NCBI GenBank assembly: GCA_030141605.1
Contig: JAQGDQ010001054.1
Coordinates: forward strand, 1-64,000
DNA: 64,000 nt
From: Tubiluchus corallicola
Lineage: Eukaryota > Animalia > Priapulida
Direction of reading: 5' to 3'
The position numbers and the translations under genes were made by a program. The notes beneath the pieces were generated by a model. It saw only the letters and a program-made list of their open reading frames with translations, had not been told where the DNA came from and made no database searches. The first letter of the stretch is position 1, and the number at the start of each line of letters is the position of its first letter. Below are positions 26,706 through 37,404 of this stretch, one piece after another.

Positions 26706-27837
26706 GTGCCAGTTTTGACTGAATGTTACAAATCATCAGCGGGAGGTTTTTACTAGCAAATATAATAGCCTTAATTAAGCGCAACAATGAACAGTTAATA
26801 GCGCAGAGCTAAACAAACTCTGCAATGTTTTATGAGTACATAAATAATTCCGTGTCGACTGTGTGACATGATTGGTTGCGTGAATGCATTTCTAAACGTG
26901 GCGTAATCGCGTCCTTTCAAACGTACAATGCTGGTATAACATCCTGTGCTAGAATTTGTTAGTTTAATACTGGCCAAGGACATGGCCAATGTATTGAGGA
27001 AAAATAAAAATGGCGCCTTTCTTTTTAATTCTTACTATTATTCATTGTTAAATAATGTCTATGTCTGATAAATTAAAGTCTGTTTTCGATAGTGGCTATA
27101 GCTGCTTACTGGTTATTGTTGTTTATTGTGTTGGTGGCTGATTGCGTGCGGAACAGTCACGATGGGCATGGCAAACTATCAAGACTTTGTTTAGCAAACT
27201 ACACATTTATTAAATATCAAGCACAAACACGGCATACATAAGAGGACAGTAATGGCAGCCCTCCGTCTTCAAGACAGTTGCTAATCTGCCCGAGGTGTGG
27301 GTCTCGAAATCCTTTTGTCTAACTACCTAATGCGCCCTGAGCTTCTGCGCATAAAGATTACATCATCAGTCTTTACTTCTGAGTCAGCCTGTCGACCATC
27401 AGTTGATCATCACGTGATGCCACACCTAACTGGGCTTCTAGCCACGACGATGATTCAATCTTGCATCGTCAAGGATTTAATTTTTACTAATTTAATAATT
27501 TAATTAATAGTTCAGGCTTAAACCATTATTATAAACAGCTGTCCTTTACTTTCATATAGACAATTCAATGGCTGTCAGCCTACCAAAAATTCTGTACATA
27601 GTTCTTTAAGGACCATCCTGTACAAATTTAAACGATACTTTGGCTTAAGCTTAAGATAAGTAAGGGTGCGAGACTTCACTAAAAACAATCTCACTAAACG
27701 TTTACCCCAGATTTACTGCAAAAAAGAATAAAAAGTAAAATTACAAAAAAGTAAACACATAAATAAGAAACTCAAAACTAGCTGAACCGAGTTAGTTGAC
27801 AATGCAGAATTTTATAGTTTTATAGTTTTGTATCAAG

Positions 27838-28357
27838 TTTTTGTTTTAGAAGATGCTCAAGTCACTGTCTCAAAGAATTTAAATTTAATTTTTATAAGAT
27901 GTTAAAGTCTCCTCTCCCTAGGAAAATTTATTTAATTTTTAGAAGATGTTATTAAAGTCTCCTCTCCCAAGGAAAATTCGTTTAATTTTTAGAAGATGTT
28001 CAAGTCATTGTATCAAAGAATTTAAGATATTTAATTTTATAAGATGTTAAAGTCTCCTCTCCTAAGGAAAACTTGGTTAATTTTTAAAATATGTTCAAGT
28101 CACTGCCTCAAAGAAAACTTATTTAATTTTTATAAGATGTTCAAGTCACTGTCTCAAAGAAAAGATTTTTAACTTTTATAAGATGTTAATGTCTCCTCTC
28201 CCAAGGAAAACTCATTTAATTTTATAAGATGTTTAAGTCTCCTCTCCCAAGTAAAACTTATTTAACTTTTATAAGATGTTCAAGTCGCTGTCTCAAAGAA
28301 AACTTATTTAATTTTTATAAGATGTTCAACTCGTTGTCTCAAAGAAAACGCATTTAA
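27838..28357. repeat. AT-rich ~45-50-bp tandem repeat, ~11 copies
   Basis: Unit ttttataagatgttcaagtcactgtctcaaagaaaacttatttaa alternating with a ...gtctcctctccca.gg variant. Confidence 0.9.
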
Positions 28358-28429
28358 TTATAGGCTATTAAGCGTTAGAAAAACTTAACCATAAATTTGC
28401 ACTAAAAGTGCCCTATTAAATTAGAGACA

Positions 28430-28900
28430 TCCCAAAGAAGAGAGGACCTAAAATACTGCCTTGAGTAACACTGCCAGAGACGAAAATTAGGATTAACATG
28501 ATCTGCATATTTATGCAGGTAGATGTATATGCAACGCTACAAATTCGAACACCAGATCTGTTGTAATCGTATTAAGGGCAGTCTGATTCTTGCAATACTT
28601 TTAACGAACCCTTTTTTTAAAAACTCAGTTCTTTACAGTTACTGCTTCAGGTAAACAATAAGCTTTAATCGTACAATGTTAGCGTGGGGGTGGCAAAAGA
28701 TCATAAACAAAGTACTGCGTAATAAAATGCTTTTGTCTGATTGAAGATGTGCAATTTCAAAATAATTTGAAATTATATAGCCATAAATTTAGCTGGTTTG
28801 ATGATTACGCAAGCAGTTTACTGGTGCATAAGTCAATCTTGAGTACAGTGAACCAGTAATTTAATCGCAGGAGGTAAATTATTATGTCCTATTTTTTAAG
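28430..28900. mobile_element. Decayed LINE reverse-transcriptase remnant
   Basis: Minus strand 28434-28475 reads GSVTQGSILGPLFF, matching the RT GVPQGSxLGPLLF motif. Confidence 0.45.
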
Positions 28901-29109
28901 GTAAATGTAAATATTTAAATGCAAAAAATTTTAACATTTGAATGTTGAATTCTAACTTTGGACAAAAAAAGTTTAAAACCCTTGAGCCCTAAGAAGAAGC
29001 GCAGAGAAGTACATTTGTAAATTATATTGTTGCTCTGTTCAGAGTTATGATAAAACAGTATTGACGAAGAACCACTTTAACATTTTTATACATTTCAACT
29101 TAACTTCTG

Positions 29110-29190
<81 letters not shown>

Positions 29191-29246
29191 CCATCACCAT
29201 CACCATTATCATCACCATCACCATCATCATCATCATCACCTCCACT

Positions 29247-29283
<37 letters not shown>

Positions 29284-29324
29284 TCATCGTCGTCGTCGTC
29301 GTCATCGTCATCGTCATCGTCATC

Positions 29325-29408
<84 letters not shown>
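29110..29408. repeat. Compound (CAT)n/(CAC)n/(CGT)n/(ATT)n microsatellite
   Basis: Direct reading. Confidence 0.97.
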
Positions 29409-29411
<3 letters not shown>

Positions 29412-29989
29412 ATTTCCGACAAATCAGTGTTTGTTTTTCTAAAGATACAGCAAGAAAGATGAACGTTTGTATCGGTGCTGTGTAATCAGTTTGTTTACCG
29501 AATGAGTTATGATTATACGAAATAAAAAAAACAATATATTTTAGTAATCTTTCACGTATATTTATAAGACCGAACCGTTGTCTTTTCTATCTCTTTTTGT
29601 TCACGAGACAGCGGCCATGTGGGGGAGGGGGAGGGGGCGGTATTACATCTAGGTTATGTCTATAGATACTATAGAAAGACCAATGTACAGTACGTTAAAA
29701 AATCATACTCGCTAAACGAAAGTAAATTTTGTATTTAATCTGAGCTGCTGACCCAAGCGATTTGGAATTTGTAAAGCAGGTCAAATGATTAAAGACGTAT
29801 GCATGCCTTACAAAACACTGACACATAAACGCTCTGGCTTATACGCTCTATGAATACAAATGGTCAGAGCGCTTACGACGAGAGAAAGTGAGTTTTTACA
29901 GTTGGTAGAGCGTATTATTAACAAATATATCTGTGGAGTAAGTGTGATTTCCGACTGTGTTTCGTAATTTATTAACTTTTTCATTTTTA

Positions 29990-30181
29990 TGTTTTACGGT
30001 TGTTATGTTTGATAAATTAAATGAAATACTTCTGCCCGAAAACCTTAATATAGCTGCCTTAGGAACTAATGATCTGTTGAAGTTGTTATTATTCGAAAAA
30101 GATGAATTTAACTATGTTGCTAGCTGTAAAATATTCCAATGCATGCATGACTTTATATTACGTACTAAACGCTTCCAGTAG
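29990..30181 (+). mobile_element. 3' end of a CR1-group LINE ORF2
   Basis: ...DLLKLLLFEKDEFNYVASCKIFQCMHDFILRTKRFQ* resembles the LLyG.....N.kIf.av..FI..TkRF C-terminus of invertebrate CR1-like elements. Confidence 0.65.
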
Positions 30182-30249
30182 TTTCTATCTGATATGAAAT
30201 GCATCAGTCTTAAATATTTGTACATTAATATTCTCTAACCTTCCACCTA

Positions 30250-30901
30250 CAACATAAAGCTCAGGAAATTCGTCTTGAAATTTTATATCACTTACTTACT
30301 GCCTTTTTGCATGCAGGGCTTGCGTCGCCATAACGCTATAAGAAACATGCAAAATTCAAACTACTGCGATGACCTTTAGACGCAGCCATTTTGACGATAA
30401 ATCATTTGAAATAAGTTTTGATAACATTGAGTAAAGTTTGAAAAATTAATCGGAGCATGCGTAGCGCACACGTCACTAAGTAAAATGTTAAATTGGTCGA
30501 TCTTGTCAATAAGATAAAATAGGTTTTTTGGTTAGTGAGTGGCGCACCCTGGAGGTGAGTCAACGACATTTCAACAATTGGTGAAAACATTTTAAATAAT
30601 TAATCATTTTCTATTTACATAAATTTTTCCAACAGGTAAGCGAAATGCTAAGTAATATCTTTGCTTGGAAAGTTTTTTGGGACATAATTTAACATTTCAT
30701 TTTCTTCCCCTGCTTATCGTTGTGCGTACATGACTTCATGTAATGGCGACTTCAGAACAGTATTGCGGGAGATTTAAAATGAAAGCAAACAAAAATTCAT
30801 TTTAACGTGAGTACGATATACGCATAAAATTGCTATAAAGTAATTTAATATTTCACGGTGATTTTTCTGAAACCTTCTTCCGGTACCTCTTTTCTTGTCC
30901 T
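30250..30901 (+). mobile_element. TTAA-type MITE family D copy
   Basis: Colinear homology with ~18960-19597; ends tttcttgtcct. Confidence 0.7.
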
Positions 30902-31392
30902 TTATGTACCCATGGCTTTCATAGCAAATCTAAAGCGAGTGTTCCGTGGAGAAATGACAGTGAAATTATTGTGTGAAGCAACGACTATTCTCTCAAGATG
31001 GAACTAATCCACATTTCCCGAAGTTTTGAAACTCAAAGAGACCAAAAGAAGGGAAAAACTAGTAAATAGTCTGGATTTGAACCGGAGACGTTTGGATTAC
31101 ATTACTCTGACGTCCACCAACACCATCGAAGTTCAAATTATAAAACAACAATTAAACATGGATTTCATGGATTGACATAAAAATTGTACCTCATAAAAAT
31201 CAAAAGCTCGTTAGAAATTAAATAGCATTTCAAAGAAAGACTTTTGAACCTGTGTCACCACCCTGTGATAAAGAAAAATAAGCCATAAACCAAACAAACA
31301 AGCAAATAAGCAAACAAACAAATAAACAAACAAGCAAACAAACAAACAAACAAAGGTAATAATCATATTGATAATATATACAAACATAATCA

Positions 31393-31837
31393 TCACACCT
31401 GAAAACATTAATGTCGAGCTCTTTAGCGCTACCAATGACTGCAAGTTTTCTTATATCTTATTCCTAAAATTATTAATCTTTTCAACAGGTTCAGCACATA
31501 TGACAGATACGATTTCAATGCAGCTTTTTTCTTTTTAGGAAATATTGATTTTGAAGTCTTCTTAAAGATGATTGATGAAAACATTCAGTTGCTCCTTGTC
31601 ATTTAATATTCCAGTTGCTACCGGTCCTTTGATGAATAATTCTGAATCTATTGTGGGAAATCTGATTTGAAACAAAATGTCACACAAGACTGTTCTCTAG
31701 TTGAACATATTTTGCGCTAGTTTCTTTCGCTTGCATTCAGCCTCAGCCCATCTTAAAACGGCTTCAAATAGTTTCCCTTCTTCACTAATTGTCAGTTTAT
31801 CAAGTTTGACAATCCTCAATACATGATCGTTACTCAA
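31393..31837 (-). pseudogene. Truncated, inactivated duplicate of the adjacent BTB-BACK gene (BACK C-half and start of C-terminal domain)
   Basis: Colinear with ~32456-32903; the AAG codon in ...FNKRTVL has become TAG (cta at 31697-31699), plus indels. Confidence 0.9.
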
Positions 31838-32168
31838 ACGCGATGAGAATAAGATGGTGATGAGCTTCAACACTGAGTTTTGTTTCTGTTGCCGTCTTAT
31901 TGTTACTACCAGCAGGGAGGACTCTATGCATAAATGACATTGTATAGGGTCAAAACCTTCTAATTTTTATGCCAATGTCAAAATGTTGACCAAATCATGC
32001 AATACAGCTTATACGTGACATTGTTATGCTAATCATAATCAATCATGACAAAATGCCTTACTTCTTCAAAATAGGCGGCAATGTACGGGGTGTAAAAATT
32101 TATTGGTCTATAAACAATCAATCGTAATTGTAGAAGCATCAGTTTCAAGAAATGATGTTCCTTTCAAT

Positions 32169-33437
32169 TCATTTTCTAAACAGCATCTTAACTTTTATGC
32201 ATATTTTTCCATCTTGAATAAACCCGGAAGTAGGGTCCATGACGGTGCTAAACTGTGCAATATTTGCTGTCCAGAGCCGTTCTTTTGTATCTTCATTTAG
32301 GATAGTTTTGAGTGACCTTTGTGGATTATTGTTAATCACTTCAATGTAACTGCTCTTACACATGCTACGTAAAGTAAGAGAAGAGGAAAGAACTATTAAA
32401 TTCAAGCAACAGCCTTCACCATGGTTATCTCCAGCAATGGAGCAGTTTGTATCATCACATCTGAAAAGACGAATGTCAAGCTCATGACTATCACCAATGA
32501 TTGCAGGATCTGCCCATTCTCTTATTCCTAAATTGTCAATTTCCTTAACAGGTACAGCACACACGACTAACACGACTTCTATGTAGTTTCTCTGCGTTTT
32601 TGGAAATATTGATTCTGATGCCACTTTTTGATGATGATTGATTAGAACATTTTCTTGCTCCTCGGCATTTAATATTCCAGTTGCTACCGGTCCTTTAATG
32701 AATAACTCTGGATCCATTGTGGGAAATCTGATCTGCAACAAAATGTCGCCCAAGACTGTTCTCTTGTTGAACACATTTTGCTCTAGGTTCTTTCGCTTAC
32801 ATTCAGCATCAGCCCATCTTAAAACTGCATCAAATAATCTCCCCTCTTCAGTAATTCTCAGTTCATCAAGTTTGACAATCCTCAATAAGCTGTCGTAGCT
32901 CAAGGAAGTAAAACTGTCGGACTCTATAAGTGCTTCTGTCTCGACACTAATGACCTCCAAACACTTCATCTCTACATCTCGCCTTTCATAGAAACAAGCA
33001 GCTGTCAGAATGGTACAGACGTTATCAGTTGTGATTTCAGATTTAAGGAAATCAACAGCCAATTTTTCAAGTTCACGGATGTTGTATTTTTTAGCTAAGT
33101 AAAGTACGGAAAGAACATTATCACCAGTTAATTCAGCTTTGTCAGTATAAATAAATCTCAAAAGCAGCAGGAACACTTCAGGTTCAACATCGGTTATTGG
33201 TATGACATCATCAAGTTTATGACACAGCGGCCCAAACAGCATCCTCTTAAAAACGTCACTTCTGAGTGCAAGTACGTACCGCCTAGCATTGATGATGGTT
33301 TCACCAACTGAAAAAGTTACATCACATAATTCCTGGAAATCTTCGTTACCAAAAACATAAACGTATCTCTCGTTCCAGTCGTCCATCGCATCAACCCTTT
33401 CAGCTAGGGTTTTCGGCTCGTCTAATGAAGTTGCCAT
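32169..33437 (-). CDS. BTB/POZ-BACK domain protein (BTBD1/2/3/6-like N-terminus) with divergent MATH/TRAF-like C-terminus; putative Cullin-3 adaptor
   Basis: 422-aa ORF: BTB (CDVTFSVG...ARRYVLALRSDVFKRMLFG...DVEPEVFLLLLRFIYTD), BACK (EGRLFDAVLRWADAEC...LLQIRFPTM); ends DPTSGFIQDGKICIKVKM like the last MATH strand; no introns. Confidence 0.92.
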   Translation of the reverse strand: MATSLDEPKTLAERVDAMDDWNERYVYVFGNEDFQELCDVTFSVGETIINARRYVLALRSDVFKRMLFGPLCHKLDDVIPITDVEPEVFLLLLRFIYTDKAELTGDNVLSVLYLAKKYNIRELEKLAVDFLKSEITTDNVCTILTAACFYERRDVEMKCLEVISVETEALIESDSFTSLSYDSLLRIVKLDELRITEEGRLFDAVLRWADAECKRKNLEQNVFNKRTVLGDILLQIRFPTMDPELFIKGPVATGILNAEEQENVLINHHQKVASESIFPKTQRNYIEVVLVVCAVPVKEIDNLGIREWADPAIIGDSHELDIRLFRCDDTNCSIAGDNHGEGCCLNLIVLSSSLTLRSMCKSSYIEVINNNPQRSLKTILNEDTKERLWTANIAQFSTVMDPTSGFIQDGKICIKVKMLFRK

Positions 33438-34302
33438 TTCTTTTGCTAACGGAATTTACTGACCTACTCTGCTGATCGAGAACTTGTATAAATGGCTGGT
33501 GTAACTACAGACACGAGATGAAGTAATTGAAACTTTGTTCTTTTAATCAGTTTTATGTTCTACAATCATTAAAGGTAAACATACAGTCATAATTCTATCA
33601 TGTCAACGCTGCCTCGCCTTGTACAAACAACTAACTGTGACCTTTGTACCCTTGGTTTATAAACTTATGACCCCGACTAAGAAAAATAACTCTTTAGTTT
33701 GTCCAGTCTACATAGATGAATAACTTAAGCACAAGAAAACTCTCCACTTACATAAAGCTCAAGAAATGCATTACAAGTACGTTGATAGTAAATTTTTTGT
33801 TAATACAACAAAATTTCTCTCTGACAGTAAACTAGCAAGTGTGAACTGCTGTGTGAGTTGCCGTCAGTAGGTTTTTTCAAACTCTCTACCACTGCTGCCT
33901 GTTCAGTGTGAACGTTTCGACACTATAGTGTTACTCACTACACTCTTTGCAGCCAATATGGAATCGAGTGTCAACTCGCCCTTATTGTGTTACAGTAACT
34001 CGCACCAAAGTCTGAACACACTTGCGAGTTACATAACGAGTTATTTGACGAGTTACTTGGGGGAGAAAACTCCTTAGTTTGAACACGGGTTTAAGAGAAT
34101 TAATGAATAAGAGGGGATAAAAGTAACTCAGTGAGAAATAAAGTGAGAGATTTGTGAGAGATTTCTTTTGCAAAATAAACATAATCTTGTTGGCCTGGCA
34201 ATTACTTACCACATGTTGCGTTTGTAAAAACACATTAGTTCGTATAAAATTCCAATCTAGTTTCATGTATTTTTTACTTTTGGTGTTAGAGATAAAAATA
34301 TC

Positions 34303-34437
34303 CATGACGACGATGATGATGATGTTCATGATGATGATGATAATGACAATGACGATGATGATAATGATGACGAAGATGATGATGATGATGACGATAATAA
34401 CAATGACGATGATGATAATGATGACGAAGATGACAAT
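34303..34437. repeat. (ATG/ACG)n microsatellite abutting the SINE 3' end
   Basis: Direct reading. Confidence 0.9.
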
Positions 34438-34955
34438 GGAGTGTGCGTCAAGAGAGTCAGTTATTGATCACATTGATGGAGCTGCAGCGACGCCTGTGGC
34501 TGAGCAGTCCGATCCTTGAACGTCTCCAGGGTGCACATCTCCTGGGCAAGGTATATGGAGATCCTGAGTTGCCCAGACAAGAGGACCCCCCTCTCTTCCT
34601 CCCTGGTGTAGTCCAAAGGAAAGCGGAGCGATAGGTTTGGCACCAGGTTGGCTGCAGGAGCTGCCGGAGTCAGTGAGCATGCTGCACTGCTCCGCCTTCG
34701 GGGCTCCACTCCTGATTTGGAAGGTTTACTCCTCTACACATGGCCGTTGGGTCACTTGACCTCCTCCACCCTCTAGCCGTTGGCTGCTTGTGCAGCTCCT
34801 CCGCCTAGTGTCGAGATACAGTGTGGGCATCCCGCAAGCCTACAGCACCTTGTATCCCTAGGCGGTCACCCATCCAAGTACTAACCAGACTATACATTGC
34901 TTAACTTCGGTGATCAGACGAGAACCGGTGTTTTCAACGTGATTTGGCCGTAGTC
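34433..34955 (-). mobile_element. 5S rRNA-derived SINE (SINE3 type), copy 1
   Basis: Minus strand 34955-34836 is a full-length diverged 5S rRNA (GACTACGGCC...AGTTAAGC...AGTACTTGGATGGGTGACCGCC...GCTGTAGGCTT) fused to a ~400-bp GC-rich body shared with 49464-50020. Confidence 0.9.
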
Positions 34956-35802
34956 TAGTATGACAAAACTTCTCTGGATTTTGGGCTACCGTACCTCGCT
35001 CACAAAGCTCATTTCGGGACAGTCCAATGATCTGAATTTCAAATGGACCTCTCAGTCTTTGTCAAAGTTGAAGTATGTCATCATCAATGCCCTCGAGTAA
35101 GCGAGATGGGGTGACTGTGACTACACCTTCATGAACGAAGAAGAGTTTACATTTCTGTCACGCCATATAAAAGTTATTTTCGTTGACATCATTAAACTGT
35201 CTGTTAGCTTTTAGACACGTATGTCCTCGGGGACAATTAATCATGTGGGCAGTGTGTCAAATGTATGCGTTTATTACATCCCGCAGGGGGTAGACTTGGT
35301 ATGATGCAAAGAAGAACTCATCAAAAGAGATAATATTGGATATTTTGCGTCATCAACATGGAGATTAACATGAATAGAATTTGATCGATAAAAAACATCA
35401 GAGTGAAAGGAGATTTTAGAAAAAGTGACATTTCAGAGAACGATTGCGAGCTATCATAAAAAAAGAATTTTTTTTACTATACTTTCTATTTGTTCTTGTT
35501 TCTTTTTTCTTCTTTCACTTCAAGATAATTCACAGTAGACTGGAGAAGACTGAAATGTCGTGTCTATTCGTTCGCGTGATAACATTTATTGTGTTGTTAA
35601 AAATGTATACTATTACACTGTAATCTGTATTAATGTATCTATGCTATACTATATCAGTAATACTAACTGTAGTGTTATTAGGCCGAATTTTTCTTACGAA
35701 AAGAAAAAACGGTAAAATTAAATTCAGGTTGCGCAAGGAAAGTATCAAGGAGCGATGGCACATTAAGTCTGTCATGTCAAATTCAAGTCTTCGGCAATTT
35801 TG

Positions 35803-35804
<2 letters not shown>

Positions 35805-35880
<76 letters not shown>

Positions 35881-35984
35881 ATATGTATATGTATGCATAT
35901 GTATTGTATTTATGTATATATGTATATGTATATAAATATATACGCATACATACATACAATCATACACACACACACACACACACG

Positions 35985-36017
<33 letters not shown>

Positions 36018-36052
36018 ATAAACACATATACATACTCACACACATATATATA
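35805..36052. repeat. (GT)n/(TA)n/(CA)n compound microsatellite
   Basis: Direct reading. Confidence 0.95.
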
Positions 36053-36460
36053 TCTGTCTCTTTTTTCTACATTACAGCAGGGCTTCTATTGCAGCAGCTC
36101 GTTTTTATAAAATTGTTGCTCTGAGAGCAACATGGTTATGTAATACATGACTATTTACTAATATAACTAGACTTTATTTAAATTTAGGACCATAATTTTT
36201 AATTCAAATGAACATTATTACCTGCCTTAGGAGAAAAAATGTACTTTACTAACAAGATGATGGCGACGACGATGACGATTATGACAATGTTGCCTATCGT
36301 GAAGGCTGTTTAAATGGCTTCAACGCCAGCTTTTCAACGGCCTCAAAGAAAAAAAAATGTCTATCTATACCGATTCGTAAATATCTGTTTGTTTAACATC
36401 TTAAATTACAATGTATTAACAAATTGAATCACTTTTAATTGGTTATTTTTTTGTTTTTAG

Positions 36461-37372
36461 GCGTTGATGCTAGGTGGCGCATTATCGCAGGGCTTCAACA
36501 ATGCCATATCGCTTGGACGACGATTCTCCACCAACACGTTGCCTCAGACGCAGGGCTTTGTTCAACAAAGAGCGAGGGGGGATCAAATTTTTCCCTTAAC
36601 AAATAGATTTCAGCAGCGACCGGGAGTGGTTGACCCCAGCGCTTTCAATGTCCTGGGGCAGCAATTCGTCCAACCCACATCTAACCAACAGCTGAGCTTT
36701 TCTCGAGGTGGTAACCAGTTAGGGAGGAGCTCCTTCAACTCCGGGCAGACGCTGAGCACAAATGATAGGTTCCTAGGCTTGGCCCGACCCGGAATCAACG
36801 TGCAGACGCCCAGGGGACAAAACTTCTTGCCGCCCAGTCAACAGTCTAACCAGGACAGGAGATTCCTAACCATACAGGACTTCAACAATGGTGGCCGGGG
36901 TAGGGGTCGTGGCAGAGCAAATCCTGGAAATTTTGTCGCGTTTCGCAATCAACAACCGAGAGCTCCCAACTTCCAGTCTGCACAGCCGCGTGGACCACCC
37001 CAGCAAATTGTACAGCTGGGCACAGGCCAGAATTTGCGTCAGCAGGTCGCTAACCAACAACAGCAGACACGACTTCCACAAGCTTTTCGCATTGCGGAAC
37101 AGTTCCAGAACTCCGGTCCAAGATTCGGCCTGCGACAACAACAGGGCATTCCACTGACAATCATTGACCAACAGCGGGCACAGATTCAGCAGCAACAGCA
37201 GATTCAGCAACAATTTCCACAGCGACAGCAACAGCTCCTCCAAACGCAACAACAGTTGCCAAGTTTTCGTACCCAAACTCCGGTGCAGACACAACCATTG
37301 TTCAGGCAGCAAGTGCAAGTCCAGCAACTTCCTTCTAGAGGACAACAGCAAATACAACAGCCTGTGCAGCAA

Positions 37373-37404
<32 letters not shown>

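Noticed and set aside
34836-34955. Functional 5S rRNA gene (also 49902-50020)
   Set aside because: The two copies differ from each other at many sites, lack the oligo-T terminator, are dispersed and share a downstream body; copy 2 has a TSD. This fits a SINE head
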